Shown piece after piece: positions 47,142 through 55,808 of a stretch of 64,000 nt of DNA (within the stretch, counting starts at the first letter, position 1; every line of letters begins with the position of its first letter). A model generated the notes under the pieces. That model made no database searches. It had not been told where the DNA came from and saw nothing but the letters and a program-made list of their open reading frames with translations. The translations under genes were made by a program, and so were the position numbers. Source of the DNA: Candidatus Tectimicrobiota bacterium (GTDB taxonomy: Bacteria; JACPUC01); contig JACPUC010000017.1 in NCBI GenBank assembly GCA_016192455.1, forward strand, positions 1 through 64,000, given 5' to 3'.

Positions 47142-48812
47142 ATGGGAGCAGAACTCGGGCAGCGGCCACGGCTCCGTCTCTCCCAAGGGCTCGCTCTGGG
47201 GGTGCTGGCGCTGCTCGCAATCCTCAGCCTTCTCCGCATGGAGGTCTGGCGGGACAGCCTGAGCCTCTGGCGCGACGCCAGCCGCAAGGCGCCCCAGCTC
47301 GCCCTGCCCCACAATAACCTGGGAGACGCTTACCAGGCCAGCGGCTCGGCCGACCGCGCCATGGTGGAGCTGAAGACGGCCCTCCACCTCTCGCCCAAGT
47401 TCGCCAAGCCCTCCATCCGCCTCGCCGACCTCTACCGAAGCCTTGGCCGCACCAGCCAGGGCCTGGCGGCGGCGCGGTGGGCCGTGCACCTCATCCCGGA
47501 GAACCATGCCGCCCGCAACGCCCTGGGGTCGCTCTTCTTGCAGCGCGGCCTTGCCAGCAAGGCGCTCGCCGAATTCGCCCTGGCGACGACCCTGCATCCC
47601 CGGGACCCCCTGAGCGCCGCGAACCTCGCCGCCGCGCTCCTCGCGCTGGCGCAGCCCCGGCGCGCGGCGGATCGGCTGGCGCGGCTGGTGGAGGAGGTTC
47701 CCGAAGCCTTCACGGCGCAGACGAACCTTGCGGTGGCCTTCACGCACCTCGGCCTCGCCACCAAGGCGGTGGCCGCGCTGCAGACGGCCCGCCGTCTCCG
47801 TCCCAGCGCCGCGCTGAACCTCCAGCTTGGGATTGCGCTCGCCGGGCTCGGGGAGACGCGGCGAGCGGAGGCGCGTCTGCGCGCCCGCCGGGGCCCAGTC
47901 GGCCTCTCGCCCGACCTACGGGCCAGGCTGGCGGCGGTCCTCCTGGAGCAGGCGCGACCGGCGAAGGCGTTGGCGGAGCTCCTGCAAGCGCTCCACGACG
48001 CCCCCGACAACCCGCAGCTCGCTCCCCCGCTCGCCTCGGTCTACCTCCGCATCGGTCTCCCTGAGCGCGCCCTCGCCAACCTCCGGAAGGCTCTGCGGCG
48101 CGCGCCGCACCTTGCCGGCGGCCAGACGAAGCTGGCGGCGGCCTACCTCGCGCGGGGCCAGCGGCTGAAGGCCGCGGCTGCCCTCCTCGCGGCGGTCGCC
48201 GACGATCCGACCTCCGAGAACGCCTGGAAGAACCTCGGCGATACCTTCCGCCTCCTGGGGGCGCCGCGCTCCACCGCGCGGGCCTACCGCCGCGTCATCG
48301 CGATCAACGGGCGGGAGGCGTCGAACTGGAACGCGCTGGGCGCCGCCCTCTACGACGCCGGTCAGTTCGATCAGGCGACGCGGGCTTTCCTCGAGGGTCT
48401 CCGCCGACAGCCCGGCGCGGCGGCGCTCTGGAACAACCTTGGCACTCTCGCTGCCCGCGCCGGCCACCTGCGTCAGGCGAGCCGCGCCTTGCAGCGCGCC
48501 CTGCGCCTGGATCCGGGATCGAGCCCCGCACGCAACACGCTGGGGTTCCTCTTCAACCAGCAGCAGCAGTATGACGCCGCCCTCGTGCAGTTCAAGAGCG
48601 CGCTCCTGCTGAACCGGCAGCAGGTGCAGAGCGCCTTCAACATCGCCTCGGTGCTGAAGGAACGAGGGCGGCCCGAGCAGGCCCTGGCGTGGTTCGAGTA
48701 CTTCCGGCGGAAGTGGCGGGGCGCTCCGCACCTGACCTCCCTGGCAGAGCAGGAGATCGCGGCGCTGCGCAGGCTCCTCCACGCTCCTCCAGGAAAGGCG
48801 CGCGAGCCATGA
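47142..48812 (+). CDS. TPR protein with a single N-terminal TM; homologous to the C-terminal half of the adjacent TMTC-like proteins
   Basis: VWRDSLSLWRDA..KAP...PHNNLG junction motif followed by many TPRs; in-frame stop upstream near 47055. Confidence 0.8.
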   Translation: MGAELGQRPRLRLSQGLALGVLALLAILSLLRMEVWRDSLSLWRDASRKAPQLALPHNNLGDAYQASGSADRAMVELKTALHLSPKFAKPSIRLADLYRSLGRTSQGLAAARWAVHLIPENHAARNALGSLFLQRGLASKALAEFALATTLHPRDPLSAANLAAALLALAQPRRAADRLARLVEEVPEAFTAQTNLAVAFTHLGLATKAVAALQTARRLRPSAALNLQLGIALAGLGETRRAEARLRARRGPVGLSPDLRARLAAVLLEQARPAKALAELLQALHDAPDNPQLAPPLASVYLRIGLPERALANLRKALRRAPHLAGGQTKLAAAYLARGQRLKAAAALLAAVADDPTSENAWKNLGDTFRLLGAPRSTARAYRRVIAINGREASNWNALGAALYDAGQFDQATRAFLEGLRRQPGAAALWNNLGTLAARAGHLRQASRALQRALRLDPGSSPARNTLGFLFNQQQQYDAALVQFKSALLLNRQQVQSAFNIASVLKERGRPEQALAWFEYFRRKWRGAPHLTSLAEQEIAALRRLLHAPPGKAREP

Positions 48813-48822
48813 AGGGAAGCGT

Positions 48823-51303
48823 GTGAACGCGACGGCACAACCCGCCACGCTCCCGCAGGGGGCGCCGCGCTCTCGGCAATGGGGAGCGGCGGCCCTGGTC
48901 TTCGCGCTCAGCTCGCTGCTCTACCTGCCGGCGCTGACGTTTCAGTTCACGAACTGGGACGACAACGTCCTGGTGACGGAGAACCCACTCCTCCAGGTGC
49001 TCCGTCCGGACATCATCATCGAGGTCTTCACCTCCTTCCAGGCGCACGACTACTGGCCGCTCAACCTGCTCTCCCTGGCGCTCGACCGGCTGCTCTGGGG
49101 CTTCAACCCCGCCGGCTACCACCTGACGAACCTGCTCCTGCACGCCCTGAACGCGGCGCTCGTCTACCTCCTGCTCCTGCGCCTGGCGGGGCCCGGGCTG
49201 CCGGCCCTCCTCGGCGCCCTCTGGTTTGGGCTGCACCCCCTGCAGGTCGAGTCGGTGGCCTGGGTGGCCGAGCGCAAGAATGTCCTCTCCCTTGCCCTCT
49301 TTCTCGCGGCGTTCCTGAGCTACGCGCAGGCGCTCCGCGGCGCGGCGCGGCGAGCAGAGGGCGGCGCTGGGGGCGGCGCGCCACCCTCCTCGTCGCTGCA
49401 CCTCGGTTGGTACGCCGCCTCCCTCGGGTTCTTCGCCCTCGCCCTGCTCGCGAAGTCGAGCACGGTGGTCCTGCCGGGGATTCTCCTCGCTTTTCACCTC
49501 TGCGCGCGGCGATCCGGCCTCCGCGCCACCGCGCCGCACTTCGTCTTGGCGGCGGCGGGGGTCATGCTGACGCTGCTGCCGAAGACGCACGTCATCACGA
49601 GCTACCACGGCGGCGGTCTCCTCCCCACCCTGCTGACCCTGCCGATCCTCGTGACGACGTACCTCCTCAAACTCCTCCTGCCCGTGCAGCTCACCGCTTA
49701 CTACGATACGGCCGCCGTGGCCTCCGCCGCGGAAGGACGCTTCTGGGTGGCCCTGCTGGCGCTCCTGGCGCTGGCGCTCACCGGCCATCGCCTCTGGCGC
49801 TGGAGCCGCCGCGCCGCCTTCGGGCTGGCCTGGTTCCTGCTCGGGCTGGCGCCGGTGCTGCAGCTCATCCCGTTCCCGACCCTCTTCGCCGAGCGGTTCG
49901 TCTACCTGCCCTCGGTTGGGCTGGCGCTGTTCGGCTCCACCCTCGCCGCTCATCTCCAGGCCAGGTGGGACGCCGATGCCGGGAGCAGCGGCACGGCAGG
50001 AGGGCTCGCCGAGACTGCTCCTCTCCGCTCGCGCCGCCCGGCTTCACCGCCGGCCGTTCGCGCCTCCGCCCGGCGCAGGCGCCTCGCCGCCGCCTTGAGC
50101 GCCGCGGCGCTCCTCCTCCTGGCGCTCCTGGCGGGCTGGCGTCTGCCGGTGTGGCGCAGCAGCCTGACACTCTGGCGCGACGCGCTGGCGAAGGCGCCGG
50201 GGCTAAGCCTGGCGCACAACAACCTGAGCAACGCTTACCGCGAGGCCGGGGCCTGGGACCGCGCCCTCAGGGAGGCGTTCGCGGCGCTCTCCCGCGCGCC
50301 CCACTACGCCAAGGCGCACCACAACCTGGGGATGGCCCTCCTGGCCCGCGGTCGAGGCCGTGATGCCGCGCTGCATCTCCGCATGGCGCTGCGCCTCGCG
50401 CCTGACACGCCCGCCTTCGCCAGCGCCGTGGCTCTTGCCTTCGTCAAGCTGCAGCGCCCCACGAAGGCGGTGGCGGCCGGGCTCGATGCCCTCTCCCTCG
50501 CAGCCCTGACGCCTGAGGCCCATCTCATCCTCGGCTGGGCCTATGCCAACCTCGACGAAGCGGCACGCGCCCTGCGACCGTTGGCGCGCGCGCTCGCCTC
50601 CCGGCCGGATTGGCCCGACGGACACCGCCTGCAAGGCTTTGCGTTCCTGCGGCTGCACCAGCCCACGAAGGCGGTAGCGGAGCTCCTCACCGCCATTCGC
50701 CTCGCCCCCGAGCAGGAGGAGAGCTGGCGCTACCTTGGGGATAGCTTCACGAGCGCCCGCCAGCTTCGCCGCGCCGTCACGGCGTACCGAACCGCGCTAC
50801 GCAAGGACGCGCGCAGCGCCCGGGGCTGGAACAACCTCGGCGACGCCCTCCTGACGCTCGACCACAGCGATGCGGCGGCCCTGGCGTTCCTGCGCAGCCT
50901 TAGCTCCGATTCCAGCTACGAGAAAGCCTGGAACAACCTCGGCAGCGTCGCCACGCAGCGGCGGCGCGCCCTCCGGGGAGCGGGGGCGCTGCGGCAAGCC
51001 TTGCTGCTGGCGCCGACGTACGCCCACGCCCACAGCAACCTCGGCGTCGCCTTCAACGCCCTGGGCCGGCGCGACGCCGCCCTGGCGCAGTTCCAGCATG
51101 CCCTGGTCCTGCAGCCTGGTCATCCCCAGAGCATGTTCAACATTGCGGCGCTGCTGCAACGTCTCGGGCGCACGCAGCTTGCCCTGCGGTGGTACGAGCG
51201 GGTGCGGCGATCGGCGCAAGGTCCGCCCTCCCTGGCGCGACGGGCCGAGGAGGAGAGCGCCCTCCTGCGCGCCGCCTCCACGACCGCCCTGCCGCCTCCC
51301 TGA
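48823..51303 (+). CDS. TMTC-like GT-C membrane glycosyltransferase with C-terminal TPRs
   Basis: FTNWDD, YWPL, GYHLTNLLLH, LHPLQVESVAWVAERK, AERFVYLPS, then TPRs. Confidence 0.85.
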   Translation: MNATAQPATLPQGAPRSRQWGAAALVFALSSLLYLPALTFQFTNWDDNVLVTENPLLQVLRPDIIIEVFTSFQAHDYWPLNLLSLALDRLLWGFNPAGYHLTNLLLHALNAALVYLLLLRLAGPGLPALLGALWFGLHPLQVESVAWVAERKNVLSLALFLAAFLSYAQALRGAARRAEGGAGGGAPPSSSLHLGWYAASLGFFALALLAKSSTVVLPGILLAFHLCARRSGLRATAPHFVLAAAGVMLTLLPKTHVITSYHGGGLLPTLLTLPILVTTYLLKLLLPVQLTAYYDTAAVASAAEGRFWVALLALLALALTGHRLWRWSRRAAFGLAWFLLGLAPVLQLIPFPTLFAERFVYLPSVGLALFGSTLAAHLQARWDADAGSSGTAGGLAETAPLRSRRPASPPAVRASARRRRLAAALSAAALLLLALLAGWRLPVWRSSLTLWRDALAKAPGLSLAHNNLSNAYREAGAWDRALREAFAALSRAPHYAKAHHNLGMALLARGRGRDAALHLRMALRLAPDTPAFASAVALAFVKLQRPTKAVAAGLDALSLAALTPEAHLILGWAYANLDEAARALRPLARALASRPDWPDGHRLQGFAFLRLHQPTKAVAELLTAIRLAPEQEESWRYLGDSFTSARQLRRAVTAYRTALRKDARSARGWNNLGDALLTLDHSDAAALAFLRSLSSDSSYEKAWNNLGSVATQRRRALRGAGALRQALLLAPTYAHAHSNLGVAFNALGRRDAALAQFQHALVLQPGHPQSMFNIAALLQRLGRTQLALRWYERVRRSAQGPPSLARRAEEESALLRAASTTALPPP

Positions 51304-51420
51304 GGAGCGCGTCGGCCGCGCCGACAGGGTCATGGGCGACTGCCTTGCGCTCGTCCCACGCTCGTGGCAGGCTCGTTCCAGAAAAGTGCGCCCGGGCACA
51401 GGAGGGTGAGAGGTTCCAGC

Positions 51421-54213
51421 ATGCGTCGTCGCTCAGCCATGTTGAGGCACCCAGCCCTTGCCGCGCTGCTCGTCTTCGCGCTCAGCGCCGCCGTCTACCT
51501 GCCGACGCTCGGCTACCCCTTCACGAACTGGGATGACCTCCTCCTGGTCACGGAGAATCCGCTCATCCGCGATCTCAGCGCGCGGAATTTCCGCGACATC
51601 TTCACCTCCACCTACGCCCACGACTACTGGCCGCTGAGCCTGGCGTCGTTGGCGCTCGACCGGCTGCTCTGGGGCTTCAACCCGGCGGGCTACCACCTGA
51701 CGAACCTCATCCTGCACGGCGTCAACGCCGCGCTCGTCTACCTCCTCCTCGTGCGCCTCACCGGCACGGGCGTGGCCGCCCTTCTCGGGGCCCTCTGGTT
51801 TGGTCTGCACCCCCTGCATGTCGAGTCGGTTGCCTGGGTGGCGGAGCGCAAGAACGTCCTCTCGCAGGTCTTGGTGCTGGCAGCGGTGCTCGCCTACCTG
51901 CGCGCTGGGGCCCTCGGGACGGCAGCCGGAAACGGTACGCGGCGGGGCGCGTACCTCGCCTCGCTCGCCCTCTTCGCCGGCGCGCTGCTGTCGAAAACGA
52001 GCACCGTGGTCCTGCCGGCGATCCTCGTTGCCCTCCACCTCTGCCTGGGACGGCCGCGCCTCGTGCTGACGCTGCCGCACTTCGTCCTCGCCGCCCTGGG
52101 CTCCCTGGTGACGCTTCTTTCAAAGGCGGAGTTCGTGCAGACCTACCCCGCCGGCGGCTTCGCGGCCGCCCTCCTGACGCTGCCGACGCTCCTTTCGGCC
52201 TACGTCGCCAAGCTGCTCTTTCCGGTTCAGCTTAATGCCTTCTACGACTTCATCCCGGTGCGCGGCCCGGCAACGGTGAAGTTCTGGATCGCGTTGGCGT
52301 TCCTCGCCGCGGTCGCCCTCCTCATGCGCTCGCTGTGGCGCTGGGAGCGCCGCGCTCTCTTCGGCCTCGCGTGGCTCTTCCTGGCGTTCCTGCCGGTGTT
52401 GAACCTCGTGCCGTTTCCGATCCTCTTCGCCGAGCGCTTCGCCTACCTGCCCTCGGTGGGTCTGGCGATCTTCGGGGTGTGCGTTGGCTCGCGCCTGACC
52501 GGCGCCGTCGCGCCTCTGGCGCCCACGCCGGCGGCCGCGCACGCGGCGACGAGGGGAAGCGACGCCGGGCTTCCTTCGGCAGCGGCCCGGACGGCGGGCG
52601 GCCTGCTGCGTCGGGCGGTTCCCGGCGGCGCCGCCGTGTGCCTGGCGCTCCTGGGCGCCCTGACCCTCAGCCGCGGCCGCGTGTGGGCTGACAGTATGAG
52701 CCTCTGGCGGGACGTCATCCGCAAGTCGCCGCGCCTCAGCGTGCCGCACCACAACCTCGGCGCCGACTACCGGCAACGCGGTCAGCAGAATCGCGCGGCG
52801 GCGGAGTACCTGACGGCGCTCGCCCTCGATCCGGGCCATCCCGAGTCGCAGATGAACCTCGGCAACCTCGACCTCGATGCCGGCCGCCTGGACCGCGCCG
52901 TGCTGCGCTACCAGCGTGAGCTTAGCCGCGTGCCGCGCTCCTCCATGGCCCGCAGCAACCTCGGCGTGGCATACACCCGCAAGGGGCTGCCCGCGCGCGC
53001 CGCGGCCGCCTTCGAGCGCGCCCAGGCCCTCTACCCTCGCGATCCCCGCCTGCTCGTCAAGCTCGGCAACGCCTACGCGCAGCAGCGCCGCTACCACCTC
53101 GCCCTCCTGCGGCTTCAGGAGGCGCTGCGGCGCAGCCCGCGGCTCCTCGGGAACGACGCCGAGCTGGCGAACCTCCTCGGCACGATCTACGGTCGCCTCG
53201 GTGAAGTGCGACGGGCTGCCGCCTTCCACACGCGGGCGCTGCAACGCGACCCGATGCTGCCGGCGGGTTTCATCAACCTTGCGAACGCCTTCGATGCCCT
53301 CCGGCAGCGCGATCGCGCCCTGCATGCCGCCCAGGCGGCAGCCGCGCTGGCTCCTAACCAGACCGAGGCCCTCACCAATCTGGGGGCCCTCCTCGTCGAG
53401 GTGGGGCGCCCCCTGCGGGCGGAGCGCTTCCTGCGCGCCGGCTTGCGCCGCGCCCCCGGCACCGCCAAGGCTCGCCTGGCCCTGGCGCGCGCCTTCCAGG
53501 AGGCGGGTCGCTCGGAGAGGGCCATGCTGGCCGTGAAGACGGAGCTGCGCGGCGATCCCCGCCTTGTGGGCGGCTGGACCCAGCTCGGCGATCTCTACGC
53601 GGCGCGACATCGCCCCCGCAAGGCCGCCGCGGCGTATCGTGTCGCCGTGCGCCTCGACGCGGCGGACCCCAGCGCCTGGAATCGCCTTGGCTACCTCTGG
53701 CACCAGCATGGCACGCCCGATCGCGCCGGCGCTGCCTACCTGCAGGCTCTCGCCCTGCTGGCGGGCCCCCTGCGCCACCCGCCGGCGGCGCCGGCCTCAC
53801 GCTCCGCCGGCAGCGCTCAACCGCTCGCGATTCGCGCGAACCAGGTGGCGCGAGCCTGGAGCAACTTCGGCGCCATCGCCGCCAGCCGCGGCCGCGGGGA
53901 TCGCGCCCGCCGGGCCTTGCAGCGGGTCCTCCGCCTGAACCCGGAGTACGAGCCGGCCCACCTCAACCTCGGCTCGCTGCTCAGCCGCCAGGAGCGCTAT
54001 GATGCGGCGCTCCTGCACTTCGCCATGGCCATGCGGCTGAACCGGCGCCGCGCCGAGAGCGCCTTCAACATGGCCAGCATGCTCGAGGCGCGCGGCCAAG
54101 CCCGACAAGCGCTGCACTGGTACGAGCACTTCCGCGAGCGCTGGCAGGGCGCGGCGAGCCTGGACAGCGTGGCGGCGCAGAAGATCGCGCAGCTCCGCGC
54201 GCTCCTGGAGTGA
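51421..54213 (+). CDS. TMTC-like GT-C membrane glycosyltransferase with C-terminal TPRs (paralog)
   Basis: Same motifs (FTNWDD, HPLHVESVAWVAERK, AERFAYLPS) with a longer TPR array; start chosen after GGAGG. Confidence 0.85.
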   Translation: MRRRSAMLRHPALAALLVFALSAAVYLPTLGYPFTNWDDLLLVTENPLIRDLSARNFRDIFTSTYAHDYWPLSLASLALDRLLWGFNPAGYHLTNLILHGVNAALVYLLLVRLTGTGVAALLGALWFGLHPLHVESVAWVAERKNVLSQVLVLAAVLAYLRAGALGTAAGNGTRRGAYLASLALFAGALLSKTSTVVLPAILVALHLCLGRPRLVLTLPHFVLAALGSLVTLLSKAEFVQTYPAGGFAAALLTLPTLLSAYVAKLLFPVQLNAFYDFIPVRGPATVKFWIALAFLAAVALLMRSLWRWERRALFGLAWLFLAFLPVLNLVPFPILFAERFAYLPSVGLAIFGVCVGSRLTGAVAPLAPTPAAAHAATRGSDAGLPSAAARTAGGLLRRAVPGGAAVCLALLGALTLSRGRVWADSMSLWRDVIRKSPRLSVPHHNLGADYRQRGQQNRAAAEYLTALALDPGHPESQMNLGNLDLDAGRLDRAVLRYQRELSRVPRSSMARSNLGVAYTRKGLPARAAAAFERAQALYPRDPRLLVKLGNAYAQQRRYHLALLRLQEALRRSPRLLGNDAELANLLGTIYGRLGEVRRAAAFHTRALQRDPMLPAGFINLANAFDALRQRDRALHAAQAAAALAPNQTEALTNLGALLVEVGRPLRAERFLRAGLRRAPGTAKARLALARAFQEAGRSERAMLAVKTELRGDPRLVGGWTQLGDLYAARHRPRKAAAAYRVAVRLDAADPSAWNRLGYLWHQHGTPDRAGAAYLQALALLAGPLRHPPAAPASRSAGSAQPLAIRANQVARAWSNFGAIAASRGRGDRARRALQRVLRLNPEYEPAHLNLGSLLSRQERYDAALLHFAMAMRLNRRRAESAFNMASMLEARGQARQALHWYEHFRERWQGAASLDSVAAQKIAQLRALLE

Positions 54214-54303
54214 GCTGGAGGAACCAGGGAACGCCGGCACGGGGTGGGGAGCCTCGCTCGCGGCTTGCCGCCGTGCCGCGCCGAGGGGCTTCGCGACGGC
54301 GTG

Positions 54304-55095
54304 CTACCTCGCCTCGGGGGAGCCGTCGTCGCGGCTGGACCGCAGGGCGGTGAGGGCTGCCGCGAGGCGCGCGTCGAGCACCTCGAGAACCCTCTCATGG
54401 AGACCGAGGTGCGGGGCGACCACGACCTTGATCCCAGGGAAGCGGGGTGACAGATCGGCAACGGAGTTCCGCAGCCGGGAGAGGAGCCGACCGCTGAACA
54501 GGAGGTAGGGCAGGACCATGACGATCTCCGTGGCGCCGTGCGCAAGAGCTGTAACCGCAACCTCAAGGTCGGGGCGCCCCCTGCCGAGGAGGTGCGGGGC
54601 AACGGCGGCGAAGCGGCGATGCTCGCGGATCAGAACGACGAGGCGCGCGAACTCGCTCCTGGCATCCGGCTCGCTCGAGTCATGCCCGACGACGAGCAGC
54701 GCAGCGCGCTCAGCCCTGGCGGGAATCGCAGCCAGGGCCGCCTCGGCGCGCAAGCAGGCCAGTTGCACCATGGCCGGATGAAGACCTAGTCCGCCCGCCG
54801 CCGCGAAGCGGGTTGTCGGGAAGCTCCGGCGCAGGCGCTCCACCAGCCTGGGGAGGTCATGGGTGAGATGGCCGCCGGAAAAGAGGAAGAGCGGCACGAG
54901 GAGCACCGCCTCGGCTATTCCCGCCAGCACCGCCACCGCTTCCTCCGCGGCAGGCCGCACCAGCCCCAGGTAGGCGTGGGCTAGCACCAGCTCCGGCCGG
55001 CGCTGCCGATACGCCGCGACGAGCTGCTCGAACTCACGCGTCGCCTGAGGATCACGGCTGCCATGCCCAACGAGGAGCACCGCCTCCCGCCCCAT
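54304..55095 (-). CDS. cbiX: Sirohydrochlorin chelatase (CbiX/SirB, two-domain)
   Basis: LLVGHGSRD, VPLFLFSGGHLTHDLP, second repeat VVGHDSS...LPYLLFSG, APHLG. Confidence 0.85.
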   Translation of the reverse strand: MGREAVLLVGHGSRDPQATREFEQLVAAYRQRRPELVLAHAYLGLVRPAAEEAVAVLAGIAEAVLLVPLFLFSGGHLTHDLPRLVERLRRSFPTTRFAAAGGLGLHPAMVQLACLRAEAALAAIPARAERAALLVVGHDSSEPDARSEFARLVVLIREHRRFAAVAPHLLGRGRPDLEVAVTALAHGATEIVMVLPYLLFSGRLLSRLRNSVADLSPRFPGIKVVVAPHLGLHERVLEVLDARLAAALTALRSSRDDGSPEAR

Positions 55096-55222
55096 CGCCC
55101 GCACCTCCTCTCCCGCCCTCCCCTGCGGCTCTGCAGCAGTTCCCCATGAGCCTGCGGCCCACCCGCAAGGTCATGAAAATAAGCGGACACTTCTTGCTCA
55201 GCAGGCTTCCATGCCCTCGACT

Positions 55223-55250
55223 GTAGGGGCGGTTCGCGAACCGCCCCTAC
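55223..55250. repeat. GTAG-type REP-like perfect palindrome
   Basis: GTAGGGGCGGTTCG|CGAACCGCCCCTAC, a 28-bp perfect inverted repeat. Confidence 0.85.
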
Positions 55251-55264
55251 CACCGGGATGCAAA

Positions 55265-55401
55265 GAACCGCGGAGGGAGGCGGATGTCGGTGTGCCTCCG
55301 CGTCCCTCTGTGGTTCCTTCCCCTACCTTCTCCGCGTCCTCTGCGTCTCCGCGGTGTACTCCATTGAACCGTAGAGGGCGCAGAGGGCGCAGAGGTGAAG
55401 G
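55265..55401. repeat. Inverted pairs of 9-bp-periodic repeats (ctctgcgtc / gcgcagagg)
   Basis: Two stem-loops: 55265-55284 with 55297-55316, and 55326-55355 with 55368-55401. Confidence 0.7.
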
Positions 55402-55669
55402 ACACCGGCCGCATGACCGTCAGCCTCATCATTGCGTAAAATCAACCACTTAGACGCTTATTCTCGAGCCAGGACCGCGCACGCAGCGCCGGCGCAGCGT
55501 CCGACGGCTCCAGGCGGGGGGCGGGGCGTTCTGCCGGCAGCAGCCATCCCAGGCGCCTCCCCTCGCCTCTTGGTTCTCATCCTGCGCGACAAACGATCCG
55601 CCGCTCCATCTGGGAGAACTCTCCTCAGCACCCAAAGTAAGAAGCTAGAGAACTTTTTTAAGAATGATC

Positions 55670-55699
55670 TTGACTAAATCAGTCTTCTTAAGCTATTTT
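55670..55699 (+). promoter_or_regulatory. Promoter (TTGACT-N18-TATTTT) overlapped by an Rrf2-family (IscR type-1-like) operator GACTAAATCAGTC
   Basis: 55672-55684 matches GACTRwwwYAGTC; AT-rich patch upstream of the sulfite/nitrite reductase. Confidence 0.6.
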
Positions 55700-55808
55700 T
55701 ATACTAACTTCTTCCAGAGAGATTACGTATCGCTGTTCCCGTCCGCAAGACTAAAATACCGCCTGCGCTGCGTCGCGGCGCACGGCAAGCCTCTGGAGGT
55801 GACGCATC

